IMG/VR virus record: IMGVR_UViG_3300029117_000001
Span: 3,829 to 67,828 of that record
Length of the DNA: 64,000 nucleotides
Source: a virus
Reading direction: 5' to 3' (one strand)
A program made the translations under genes and the position numbers. The notes beneath the pieces were generated by a model. It had not been told where the DNA came from and did not search any database. It saw nothing but the letters and a program-made list of their open reading frames with translations. This document shows, in pieces, positions 1-8,917 of the stretch (position 1 is the stretch's first letter; every line of letters begins with the position of its first letter).

Positions 1-7
1 CTGGGGC

Positions 8-394
8 ATGAGCACAGACCTAAAAGCAGCTTTTGAGAAAGTACTTGATATTGCTGAGAAGAATAACGTTTCACAGGAAGAAATGCCGAAAGCTATAGTT
101 GTTATCTCTGATATGGAGATTGATTATAGCGGAAATAAGGACTGGTCTTTCTATGACAAAATGGAAAAGAAATTCCGAAAAGCCGGATATGTTATTCCGA
201 ATATAATTTTCTGGAATGTCGACAGCAGACATGATGTATTTCATGCAGATGCTACAAGAAAAGGTGTGCAGCTTGCAAGTGGCCAGTCGGTAACAGTATT
301 CAAACATGTATTACAGAATCTTGGATATAATCCAATTGAAGCCATGGAAAACACAATCAATTCAGAAAGATACGATTGTATTACGATTGAATAA
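8..394 (+). CDS. hypothetical protein, C-terminal portion; ORF stays open to the window edge, so it is probably 5'-truncated by the window
   Basis: Open frame from nt 2; no recognisable catalytic motif; possibly an alpha/beta (vWA-like) fold judging from the IIFWNV and VVISDMEID segments. Inference only. Confidence 0.35.
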   Translation: MSTDLKAAFEKVLDIAEKNNVSQEEMPKAIVVISDMEIDYSGNKDWSFYDKMEKKFRKAGYVIPNIIFWNVDSRHDVFHADATRKGVQLASGQSVTVFKHVLQNLGYNPIEAMENTINSERYDCITIE

Positions 395-447
395 AATAAA
401 GTGAAACTCAACTCAGTTTTGCATAAAACTGACCGTGACAGGCGGCA

Positions 448-516
448 CGGAATGTAGCTCAGGTGGAAGAGTGCGCTACAAATGCGAGGTCACAGGTTCG
501 AATCCTGCCATTCCGA
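448..516 (+). tRNA. tRNA-like element, irregular (69 nt)
   Basis: 7-bp acceptor stem CGGAATG/CATTCCG, D-arm TAGCTCAGGTGGAAGAGT close to consensus, T-arm ACAGG-TTCGAAT-CCTGC and a discriminator A. Only 18 nt are left for the anticodon arm plus variable loop (a 3-bp stem CGC/GCG around loop TACAAAT), so the element is too short for a canonical tRNA and the anticodon is ambiguous. Confidence 0.4.
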
Positions 517-781
517 TTCCAATGAACTGCAATCATTGGAAAAATTTCTTTTTCTTTTACCTTGTTTCGGTTTCCAGTACTCCACGTTGGGTGGCAAGTT
601 ACGGTTCGAGTCCGTGTACTGGAATTTTTGTTTTGATGAGAGAATATGGAAAGAAAAGATTATTGTTGCACATGCAAATGGTACGAACTGGAAGAAGGTG
701 TCTGCTGTAATGGCGACAGTGAACATTGTGCAGGTTTTAGATGTCTTGATGACAGTTGCGAATGTTGGGAGGGCGTAGGAA

Positions 782-1147
782 ATGGGAAAACGGAAGATTA
801 TTTATATAGCAGTCGATCATAAAGATGCAGATTATTTTCTAATAAAATTATTTAATAAAATACATAACAAAACACCGATAGTGCAGCTCAATAGGAAAAC
901 GTTTATTTTGGAAACGGAAACATGTATTGTAGGGACTTTCATTATTAATTCACCTCATAGAACAAAAACACTTCGTGGCGCTGCTAGTTATTTCTTACAA
1001 AGTGACAAACCGTTTGAAATGCGGATAAGTAGAATTAATGAACTATATAATTCTTTACAATATAAAAATTTATGGCTTGAAATCAATGCGAAGGAAATTA
1101 CAGAAGAACAGCTTATTAAACTACTGATATACGGAGATGTGGAATGA
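782..1147 (+). CDS. hypothetical early protein
   Basis: ORF with upstream GGAGGG; no recognisable motifs. Confidence 0.4.
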   Translation: MGKRKIIYIAVDHKDADYFLIKLFNKIHNKTPIVQLNRKTFILETETCIVGTFIINSPHRTKTLRGAASYFLQSDKPFEMRISRINELYNSLQYKNLWLEINAKEITEEQLIKLLIYGDVE

Positions 1148-1308
1148 AAGTATTCGGCAAAGAAATCAAAGACGAATGTTCCAGATGCGGAAATATCCTT
1201 GAGTGTGAATTGTTCCGTCAGGGACATGGAATAAAGCAGGAACGTGAGAATATAGCAAAGATGATCGAGTGCCAGATGAATCACAGGAAAGGTAGGGAAA
1301 AATAAATT

Positions 1309-1593
1309 ATGGAAAATGATTTATTGTTACGATACAAACGTAAATGTCCACTTTGTGGAGGAACGGTAATCAATACAGGAGTGGATATCTTTGGCGGTGA
1401 CGTAGATGCTGCAGGTTTGAGAACTGATGCAGAATGGATTTGTACAAACTGCAAAACTGAATTTAATAGTGAATTTTATCTCGAATCTGATAGGATTAAG
1501 ACAATTTATAACGCAAAGGCCACATTACTTGATAAAAAAGATTGTCAGCCTAACGTTCTTGGAGAATTAAACACTAATAGAGGAATATGGTGA
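1309..1593 (+). CDS. small zinc-ribbon protein (CPLCGG ... CTNCK)
   Basis: Two CxxC pairs; RBS AAAGGTAGGGA upstream. Confidence 0.45.
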   Translation: MENDLLLRYKRKCPLCGGTVINTGVDIFGGDVDAAGLRTDAEWICTNCKTEFNSEFYLESDRIKTIYNAKATLLDKKDCQPNVLGELNTNRGIW

Positions 1594-1599
1594 TATAAA

Positions 1600-1809
1600 A
1601 TGATTAAAATTTTAGTTCCTGGAACATTAAAAAGAATAAATTGCGGAAAATGCGGAGCAGTGTTGCAGTACGATGAAAAAGAAGATGTTAAAGAAGAATG
1701 CATAGAAAAAATGTTTTCTACAAATATGCCATCTGGACGTGGACGTAAGCAGAAATATATCATATGCCCACAGTGCAAGAATAAAATAGTTACGTGGTCT
1801 ACAAGATAG
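1600..1809 (+). CDS. small zinc-ribbon protein (CGKCG ... CPQCKNK)
   Basis: Two CxxC pairs; RBS GGTGA upstream. Confidence 0.45.
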   Translation: MIKILVPGTLKRINCGKCGAVLQYDEKEDVKEECIEKMFSTNMPSGRGRKQKYIICPQCKNKIVTWSTR

Positions 1810-1822
1810 AGGGAGTGTTGTC

Positions 1823-2164
1823 ATGAGAATTGAAGATTTGAAGAGCTGGACAGTAGATCAGTTGAAAGAAGAGATTGTTCGTCTGGCTGATGAGAGAGAA
1901 TCAAAGCAACATGAGATTTTAGACAAGGATAATAAAATCAACGAGCTTCAGGCTGAACTGGATAAAATGTGCGCTTATAATAACGAGTTAAAAAGACAGG
2001 TGGACGAAAAGGCAGATGCACCATTTTACGACGAATCTGTAGAAATCGCAAAATATCACAGACAGCATCAGGACGATTGCATTACGATTAATCAGTTACA
2101 TACAACACTTGACGTTCTGATTGACCGATATGCGAATCTGAGAAAGATTCATGGGGTGAGTTGA
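1823..2164 (+). CDS. hypothetical coiled-coil protein
   Basis: RBS AGGGAG 7 nt upstream; heptad-like E/K/L-rich sequence. Confidence 0.45.
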   Translation: MRIEDLKSWTVDQLKEEIVRLADERESKQHEILDKDNKINELQAELDKMCAYNNELKRQVDEKADAPFYDESVEIAKYHRQHQDDCITINQLHTTLDVLIDRYANLRKIHGVS

Positions 2165-2168
2165 TGTT

Positions 2169-2450
2169 ATGGATAATCAAATTACTGTTAGCAAATTATT
2201 AAATATACTTGATGGCCTTTTACAGAGTGGCTTTGGAGATGCACCTGTGTTCTTAGGCGAAAATTATCCGCTGTTAGAAGATTCAATAAGCGTTAATCTG
2301 TGTGAAAACAAGCTACACATTAGGAATACATATTATGATGAAAAAATGGCAGAAGCAATGAGAAAAGCTATTAATGGTATGGAAGATGTACATAGAACAT
2401 ATATAGCAGATTGTTACAAAGCTGGAAGAGGAATAGACATAAAGGAGTGA
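2169..2450 (+). CDS. hypothetical protein
   Basis: ORF with RBS GGGGTGAG. Confidence 0.4.
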   Translation: MDNQITVSKLLNILDGLLQSGFGDAPVFLGENYPLLEDSISVNLCENKLHIRNTYYDEKMAEAMRKAINGMEDVHRTYIADCYKAGRGIDIKE

Positions 2451-2456
2451 GAAAGC

Positions 2457-2747
2457 ATGAAAGATAATGCATATTTACTTAGTAGCCCTTGGATAGAAGC
2501 CGTTCAAAGCATATATCTTTCTTCAGGAGCGTTTAAAACATGCATTGCTTCGTATAAAAACAATTATCTTAAAATGCATGGAAAACGCAAAATAAGACAG
2601 ATTGCCGGAAGAAAGAGAAAGAGGAAGTTTCACAATCAATTCAGCGATAATGTAAGAAGCAAAATGAGAATTTATCTTAAACGGAAACGTAAAGGCATTA
2701 AGCATAAAAAGAATAGGAGAAATAATGAGTATCAAATCAGCATTTGA
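2457..2747 (+). CDS. highly basic (K/R-rich) small protein
   Basis: Strong RBS AAGGAGTGA; the C-terminal half is about 40% Lys/Arg; overlaps the next gene by 23 nt. Confidence 0.35.
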   Translation: MKDNAYLLSSPWIEAVQSIYLSSGAFKTCIASYKNNYLKMHGKRKIRQIAGRKRKRKFHNQFSDNVRSKMRIYLKRKRKGIKHKKNRRNNEYQISI

Positions 2748-2958
2748 ATCTGAGGGGATAGATTTCTCTCAGGTAATGAATCCACCAGAGCCGTGGGACG
2801 GACGGGCATTAATAAAGAATATCAATGGCAAACTGTGGTATTGCTGTCCCTTTTGCGAGAAGAAAGCACTTCTGATTAGCCCAGAGACAAAAATTCGGCA
2901 TCTTAAATTGAAGTGCAAGGGAAGTAACTGCAAGAAAGAGTTTGAGGTGAATGTATGA
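2725..2958 (+). CDS. zinc-finger protein (CCPFCEKK ... CKGSNCKK)
   Basis: RBS AGGAGAAATA upstream; Cys4 pattern. Confidence 0.4.
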   Translation: MSIKSAFESEGIDFSQVMNPPEPWDGRALIKNINGKLWYCCPFCEKKALLISPETKIRHLKLKCKGSNCKKEFEVNV

Positions 2959-3536
2959 GAATTGTGGTTAAAAGGATTCCGATTGAGATCATCGAACTTG
3001 GAATAGAAACATATGCGCAGATTGATATCGAGGAAATTCTTCTTATATCTTATCCGCCAATTACAAAGACCGTTTTAAAATTTTATACTGAGTACATTGC
3101 GTTTGAATTCCAAAAGGAATATTCAGTAAAAATAAAAAATGATGATGCAGTGATAAAATGTTATAGGGGAAACACTTTGAACACTTTCATTCAGAAAGAC
3201 GCAGGTGAAAGAACTGTTGCTGAATGGCGCAAGGTTATATCGCATTCAGAAAACACTCCGTACATTGTTAAAGCTATTGATTCTATAAAAGTGCCTGATA
3301 AAGATGTTATTAAAACAGTTGCCAGCAATGCGGAAGAACTTCAAAAGACTAAACCTGTGGAAGCGGACGAACTTTCGGAAGAAACCAAGTTTAGAATTTA
3401 TAAATTAATTGTAAATGAAATTGGAAAGCATTTTTACAATTGCGAGATGCGTATGTCATATAAAGACTTTATACTTGTTGAGGATTGCATCAGAAAAGTT
3501 TTGCAAGGAGAACAAGATGAACGCAAAACGGATTAA
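2955..3536 (+). CDS. hypothetical protein
   Basis: RBS GAGGTGA; ends with TAA immediately followed, in the same frame, by the ATG of the SPFH gene. Confidence 0.4.
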   Translation: MRIVVKRIPIEIIELGIETYAQIDIEEILLISYPPITKTVLKFYTEYIAFEFQKEYSVKIKNDDAVIKCYRGNTLNTFIQKDAGERTVAEWRKVISHSENTPYIVKAIDSIKVPDKDVIKTVASNAEELQKTKPVEADELSEETKFRIYKLIVNEIGKHFYNCEMRMSYKDFILVEDCIRKVLQGEQDERKTD

Positions 3537-4298
3537 ATGTCCGTTGGAATCGAGCAGTCTTATCTTACATCTGAGGATAAGGGCGATTCTCCAAAAGATG
3601 AAAGTTTCAAGACACCAACGGCAGATGGAAAATCGCTTCAAGTCGACCTTGAATTTTCTTATAAATTCGATCAGAGCAGAGTAACTGATGTATTTACTCA
3701 GTTCAAAGGTCAATCCGGGGAATCTGTGAAAAATACTTTTATTAAGCCTAAGATGAAAGCATGGACGCAGGAAGTAACTGCGAAGTATCCAGTAACAGAT
3801 GTTTTCGGTGATAAACGCCAGGAACTGAATGAAGCACTTGACGAATATCTTAAGCAGAAGTTTGAGCCATACGGAATTATTATTGATACAGTAAACTTTA
3901 CTTCCATTTCCACTGATGATGAAACACAGGCTGCAATCCAAAAGAAGGTAAATGCACAGCAAGAATTAGAACTTGCTAACATTGAAGCTAAAACAGCCAA
4001 AGTACAAGCTGATAAAGATAAAGAAGTTGCACTGATTGCTGCTGAAAAGGAAAAGGAGAAAGCATCTATCCAAGCGGAACAGGCCAAAATTGATGCAGAA
4101 GGTAAAGCTGAAGCTATTAAGATTAAAGCAGAAGCTGAAGCAGAAGCAAATAGAAAAATCGCAGAATCTCTTACTCCCGAACTGATTGAAAAACAGAAAA
4201 TTGATAAATGGAATGGTGAAGTACCAAAAATTCAAGGAAGTAACACTTCTACTATCGTAGATACAAGAGATATGACAGCTGATGAGAATGCTGAATAA
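3537..4298 (+). CDS. SPFH/band-7 (prohibitin/flotillin/YqiK-like) domain protein; appears to lack the N-terminal membrane anchor
   Basis: The segment TADGKSLQVDLEFSYKFDQSRVTDVF resembles the conserved SPFH core (TKDNLxVxVDAVVxYRI); a long Ala/Glu/Lys-rich coiled coil (AEKEKEKASIQAEQAKIDAEGKAEAIKIKAEAEAEA) is typical of this family. Weak RBS. Confidence 0.55.
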   Translation: MSVGIEQSYLTSEDKGDSPKDESFKTPTADGKSLQVDLEFSYKFDQSRVTDVFTQFKGQSGESVKNTFIKPKMKAWTQEVTAKYPVTDVFGDKRQELNEALDEYLKQKFEPYGIIIDTVNFTSISTDDETQAAIQKKVNAQQELELANIEAKTAKVQADKDKEVALIAAEKEKEKASIQAEQAKIDAEGKAEAIKIKAEAEAEANRKIAESLTPELIEKQKIDKWNGEVPKIQGSNTSTIVDTRDMTADENAE

Positions 4299-4327
4299 TA
4301 AGTAAAACAGTCAAGAGAGCCACACGA

Positions 4328-4373
4328 GAGCCAGACTAAATCCTAAAAAGAAAGGAGGTCTGGCTCTATTTTT
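4328..4373 (+). terminator. terminator-like hairpin immediately upstream of terL, with the terL RBS inside the loop
   Basis: Perfect 9-bp stem GAGCCAGAC/GTCTGGCTC with a 21-nt loop containing AAAGGAGG, followed by TATTTTT and then the terL ATG. Confidence 0.45.
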
Positions 4374-6068
4374 ATGGGAAAAATTACAGAAGGCTCGCTT
4401 GAATGGTATCGGGCAGTGCTGAATCAGATTATCAGTAGTGACATGACAATCTATCAAAATCAAAAAGATTGCCTTGATTTGCTCTTAAATATGAATATTG
4501 ACCTTCCTTTCAACAAGAACCAAGAATCACGGAAAATGGCTATGAAAGTAAGTCAATACTCACATAACATAGCAGAGAAGTGTGCCGCATTAACTGGAAG
4601 TGGTAATTTTGACGATATCTATTGGCAGTATTTGCTACTGGAAGCACCACATTTATTTGAAAGTTACTTGCTTTATATGGAAAAAAATAGACCGGACAGC
4701 AAGAAATTTTATATTCCACGAAAAAAAACACTGCATGTGGTAGCCAAAGACCTACAAGATTTGGAAGAAAGAAAGATAGAGTTTTACGGCTTATCACTTC
4801 CAAGCCGTGTTGGAAAATCCACTATGTGTATTTTCTTTATGTCATGGATAATGGGAAAAAGACCGAATAGTCATAGCGCCATGGGTGGTCATTCTGGAAA
4901 ACTGGCAAAAGGATTTTACGGAGAACTTCTTAACCTCATTAATACACAGGAATACAACTACAGTGAAATTTTTCCGCAATCGAAACTTCAAAAACAGAGT
5001 GCTGATGATTTTGAAATAAACCTGGACAAACCAGACCGATTTGCAACAATGACTTGCCGTGGTATTGAAGGTACTTGGACAGGTGCCGTTGATATTTCTT
5101 CTGATGGGTATTTGTACGTGGATGACCTTGTAAGAGATAGGCAACATTCATTAAGCCCTACCCGATTGGAAAATACATATCAAGAATATCTGAACAAGAT
5201 GGTTGACCGTAAGATTGATGGTGCAAGAGAACTTATGGTTGGAACCAGATGGAATTTATATGACCCTCTTGGAAAAATCGAGAAGCTAAATCGGGATAAT
5301 CCAATGTATCGGTTTAGAAAAATTCCAGCTTTGAACGATGATGGTGAATCCAATTTCGATTATGAGTATGGCGTTGGATTTTCAACAAAATATTATGTTG
5401 ATATGAAAGCTAGGCTAGACGCTAACGAATGGGAAGCTAAATATCAGCAAAAGCCCTTCTTGCGTGAAGGAATTGTGTTTGCAGCTGATGAATTGAGATA
5501 TTATAACGGCGTTCTTCCAGAAGGTGGATTTGTTAAAAATGTTTCTGCTTGCGATGTTGCGTGGGGTGGTGGCGATAGCTTATCAATGCCAGTGGGTGCA
5601 GAATACGAAAATGGAGATGTATATATTTATGATTGGATTTTTAGCACAGCACCAAAAGAAGGAACATTGCCATTAGTTGTTGGAAGAATCATGGGAAATA
5701 ATATTCAATCCATTAATTTTGAAGCAAATAATGGTGGAGATATGTATGCCTATTATGTAAACGAACGCTTGAAAGAACATAAATACGCTTGCAGCACGAC
5801 AAGTACAAAAGCACCTTCAAAACAAGCAAAAAAAGAAAAAATAAATCAATATTCCGGGGATGTTAAGCAAAATTTTATATTTTTGGCTCCGAAATATCAA
5901 GATAAACAGTATCAAAAGGCTATGGATGAATTAACTACATTCGTCTATATTGGTGATAATGAACATGATGACGCTGCCGATGGAGTTACGCAGCTTGCAA
6001 TAACGCTTGCCGGCAAAAGATTTGCAGAAGTAAAAGCAACCAAAAATTTTATGTGGGGAAGGAGATAG
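4374..6068 (+). CDS. terL: terminase large subunit
   Basis: 564 aa; Walker A-like P-loop GLSLPSRVGKST; C-terminal acidic nuclease-type residues (VGDNEHDDAADGV); lies upstream of the portal gene. Confidence 0.85.
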   Translation: MGKITEGSLEWYRAVLNQIISSDMTIYQNQKDCLDLLLNMNIDLPFNKNQESRKMAMKVSQYSHNIAEKCAALTGSGNFDDIYWQYLLLEAPHLFESYLLYMEKNRPDSKKFYIPRKKTLHVVAKDLQDLEERKIEFYGLSLPSRVGKSTMCIFFMSWIMGKRPNSHSAMGGHSGKLAKGFYGELLNLINTQEYNYSEIFPQSKLQKQSADDFEINLDKPDRFATMTCRGIEGTWTGAVDISSDGYLYVDDLVRDRQHSLSPTRLENTYQEYLNKMVDRKIDGARELMVGTRWNLYDPLGKIEKLNRDNPMYRFRKIPALNDDGESNFDYEYGVGFSTKYYVDMKARLDANEWEAKYQQKPFLREGIVFAADELRYYNGVLPEGGFVKNVSACDVAWGGGDSLSMPVGAEYENGDVYIYDWIFSTAPKEGTLPLVVGRIMGNNIQSINFEANNGGDMYAYYVNERLKEHKYACSTTSTKAPSKQAKKEKINQYSGDVKQNFIFLAPKYQDKQYQKAMDELTTFVYIGDNEHDDAADGVTQLAITLAGKRFAEVKATKNFMWGRR

Positions 6069-6071
6069 AAT

Positions 6072-6494
6072 ATGATGACTGCAACTCAATATTTACGCCA
6101 GATTGAAAATTATGATAACAGAATCAAAAACAAGCTTATCGAAGAAGAACAGCTCATTTCTCTTTCCACAAGTGTATCTGCAATTCCTGTTGGAGAAAAG
6201 GTACAAACTTCTGTAAAACGTGATCCGATGGGAGACATGATTGCGAAGATATTTGATCTGCGAGAAGAGATTTCAGAAATGATATCTGAATTTTTACAAA
6301 AAAGACAAGAAATAGTCCGAACTATAGAACAGGTTGAAGATCCATTACTATATGACATATTATTTAAGCACTATGTTGAGTACAAATCTTTGGTTCGCAT
6401 TGCAGATGAGATGGGTTATTCAGAGATTCACATTAAAAAAAAGCATTTAAAAGCCATAGCAGAAATAAAAAAGATAAAAGGTTTCGAAAGATGA
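6072..6494 (+). CDS. ArpU/RinA-like (sigma-70 region 4-like HTH) putative late transcriptional activator
   Basis: 140 aa; the C-terminus YDILFKHYVEYKSLVRIADEMGYSEIHIKKKHLKAIAEI has the sigma region 4 HTH pattern; size matches the ArpU/RinA family. Placement after terL is atypical. Confidence 0.4.
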   Translation: MMTATQYLRQIENYDNRIKNKLIEEEQLISLSTSVSAIPVGEKVQTSVKRDPMGDMIAKIFDLREEISEMISEFLQKRQEIVRTIEQVEDPLLYDILFKHYVEYKSLVRIADEMGYSEIHIKKKHLKAIAEIKKIKGFER

Positions 6495-6517
6495 TACCGA
6501 AGTATACTGAAAAATAC
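6493..6517 (+). promoter_or_regulatory. copy A of a 25-nt recurring motif GATACC-N-GTATACTGAA-N-ATAC
   Basis: GATACCGAAGTATACTGAAAAATAC; near-identical copies at 18247 and 31787, all at gene boundaries and all followed by a hairpin-T structure. Confidence 0.4.
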
Positions 6518-6545
6518 TTTTAATATGTGTAGAATATAAAGTAGA

Positions 6546-6579
6546 GCATTGGATTAAAATATCCAGTGCTTTTTATTTT
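6546..6579 (+). terminator. intrinsic terminator-like hairpin upstream of the portal gene
   Basis: GCATTGGAT/ATCCAGTGC stem (one G-U pair) followed by TTTTTATTTT. Confidence 0.5.
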
Positions 6580-6588
6580 GCAGAAAGG

Positions 6589-8085
6589 ATGGTTCGGCTC
6601 GTGAGAAATACAATGAATTTTGTAGATTTATGCCGAGGTGATTTCGGGCGAAAAGTAGCCTACACAGGCGTTGACCGAATCACTCCACAAAATGTAGTAA
6701 AAGTAGTATCAGATACAATTGGCATACATAATAAAAATCGAACATTGATTGATTACTTGTATCGGTACATGAAAGGCGATCAGCCAATATTGTACCGAAA
6801 TAAAATAGTCCGTCCAGAAGTTAATAACAGAGTGGTTGAAAATCACGCATTTGAAACCGTGAAGTTTAAAGCTGGACAGATTTGCGGGGAACCAATCCAA
6901 TATGTATGTAAAAAGAAAAATGCAGATAAAAAAATAAATGAGCAAGTTGATTTGCTGAATGATTATCTTGATGAAGCCAATGCAGATGCAAGAAACATCC
7001 AGAGAGCAATATACCAAAGTGCAACAGGAACTTCTTATAAGGCTATTCTGAAAGAAGAGGACTGGACAGAAAACGGAGATTTACCGCCGTTTAGAATCTT
7101 TATTCCGTATCCTGGTGATTGTTACATTGTATATTCGCAGAGGAACGGAAAACCAATGCTGTCCGTTCAGATTTTGAAGGATGAAGATGAGCAACAATAC
7201 TACTTATGTTATTCAAAGAACCAGTTTTTCAAAATCACGAATGGAAAAGTAACCGAATATGGAATCAACGGTTTTGGTGGGATTCCTATTGTTGAATGCC
7301 CGAATAATCATGACAGACTTTCGGACGTTGAAATTGCAATCACATTATTTGATGCAATCAACAAATACCAGTCTGATAGATTAAATGGCGTTGAACAGTT
7401 TGTGCAAGCCTTTATGAAGTTCAAGAACTGCGAGGTAGATGAAAACGAGTTTTTGAAAATGGTAAAACTTGGTGCCATCTCTGTAAAAGATACTGGAAAT
7501 GGCTGTCAGTCGGATGTTGAACTGATGACCGCTGAATTGAATCAATCAGAGAGCCAGGTTGCAAAGGATGATATCTACAATAACATGCTGATTGTGGAAG
7601 CAATGCCAAACCGCCAAAGCAATAGCGGAGGGGATACAGGAAATGCTGTATACCTTCGTAATGGATGGGACTTCGCAGAAAGAGATGCAAAATTGGTAGA
7701 AGCATTTACCAAGGAAGCTGAAAAGGAATCTGCTAGAATTATTCTGAATATTATCCGTGGTACATCAAATGATGTTAATATCTCAACCCGAGATTTTGAT
7801 GTAAAGATAACCAGAAACCCAACAGACAATATGCTTGTAAAAGCACAGGCACTTGATTATCTGTTTAAAAATAAAATTCATCCGCTTATTGCACTGATTA
7901 CTTGCGGTTTATTTAGTGATCCGCAGAAAGTCTACGAAATGAGTTTACCGTATCTGGGAACTATTTACCCGGAACTGGCAGACCCGGAAGCGGAAATGCA
8001 GAAAGCACAGCAATTACTTGACGGAAAGTTTCAAAATCCGTCCAAAACAGAACCAATGGCAAATTCTCCATCTAACGAAGAATGA
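6589..8085 (+). CDS. portal protein (SPP1 gp6-like family)
   Basis: 498 aa; gene order terL-portal-scaffold-capsid; the N-terminal region resembles SPP1-type portals. The exact start is uncertain (GTG at 6601 is an alternative). Confidence 0.8.
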   Translation: MVRLVRNTMNFVDLCRGDFGRKVAYTGVDRITPQNVVKVVSDTIGIHNKNRTLIDYLYRYMKGDQPILYRNKIVRPEVNNRVVENHAFETVKFKAGQICGEPIQYVCKKKNADKKINEQVDLLNDYLDEANADARNIQRAIYQSATGTSYKAILKEEDWTENGDLPPFRIFIPYPGDCYIVYSQRNGKPMLSVQILKDEDEQQYYLCYSKNQFFKITNGKVTEYGINGFGGIPIVECPNNHDRLSDVEIAITLFDAINKYQSDRLNGVEQFVQAFMKFKNCEVDENEFLKMVKLGAISVKDTGNGCQSDVELMTAELNQSESQVAKDDIYNNMLIVEAMPNRQSNSGGDTGNAVYLRNGWDFAERDAKLVEAFTKEAEKESARIILNIIRGTSNDVNISTRDFDVKITRNPTDNMLVKAQALDYLFKNKIHPLIALITCGLFSDPQKVYEMSLPYLGTIYPELADPEAEMQKAQQLLDGKFQNPSKTEPMANSPSNEE

Positions 8086-8250
8086 ACCAAATTTCGATTA
8101 TTTAAGGAGTTTTAGAGAAATCTAAGGCTTCTTTTTTAATACCCAAAATCAAATAAATTGCAACAGCCCGTGAGCGTAAATCGGGTACAGACCATGTGCG
8201 GAGCGAACCGTGTTGAAAAAGCGTATTGGACTGGAAGAAAGGAGATTTCA

Positions 8251-8898
8251 ATGACAAGAGAACAGGCAAAACAGGCACTTATCGGTATGGGAGTTGCAGA
8301 ACCTTCCGAGGAACAGGTTTCTAAGCTTCTTGATTCTATTTCTGCTGAAACTAAGAAAGAGAAAGACAAAAATGTTTCTCTGAAGGAAAAAGCTGAAAAA
8401 GCAGATTCCCTGGAAAAAGAGTTGGAAGATTTGAAAAAGCAGAACATGACCGAAGCAGAACGGCTAGAAGCTGAACGCAAGAAAGAAAAGGAAGCAGTGG
8501 ATAAGGAGTTAGCTGATTTGAAAGCTGCGCTTGCAGAATCCAACAAAAAAGCCCTTACCAGTGAAATTACTTCTATGTTCGCAAATGCAGGACTTTCAAC
8601 CGAAACATACGCGAGTGCTATTAAAGCATACGCATCTGCACCGTATGAGAAACCAGAAGATGCAATGAAAGAAGTCGAAACTTTTGTTAAGGGAGTTTCC
8701 GAAGCAAATAAAACAGCACTTGATACCGCAAAAGCAGCTTGGGAGAAAGAAGCATTGGAAAATACTCCTAATCCAGGAGGCGGTAGCGGTGGCAAACAGG
8801 AAAAAACTAGTAAAGCGTCTGAGTACGCTAAACAGTATTCGGCACGCATGAACCCAGATGCAAAACCGGCTGATGATAATGCACCAGCTAATTTCTAA
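8251..8898 (+). CDS. head scaffolding protein
   Basis: Strong RBS GAAAGGAG 7 nt upstream of ATG 8251; Glu/Lys/Ala-rich coiled coil throughout; sits between the portal and capsid genes. Confidence 0.6.
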   Translation: MTREQAKQALIGMGVAEPSEEQVSKLLDSISAETKKEKDKNVSLKEKAEKADSLEKELEDLKKQNMTEAERLEAERKKEKEAVDKELADLKAALAESNKKALTSEITSMFANAGLSTETYASAIKAYASAPYEKPEDAMKEVETFVKGVSEANKTALDTAKAAWEKEALENTPNPGGGSGGKQEKTSKASEYAKQYSARMNPDAKPADDNAPANF

Positions 8899-8917
8899 GA
8901 AAAGGAGATTTTAAAAC

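Noticed and set aside
6576-6590. Shared 12-nt string AGAAAGGATGGT upstream of the portal gene and of the HEXXH gene (14458)
   Set aside because: Most simply a similar Shine-Dalgarno context after a terminator. Two copies are insufficient to call a motif.
8136-8849. 237-aa minus-strand ORF antisense to the scaffold gene
   Set aside because: Low-complexity Ser/Ala/Phe-rich translation, typical of the antisense frame of a GAA/AAG-rich coiled-coil gene; no RBS.
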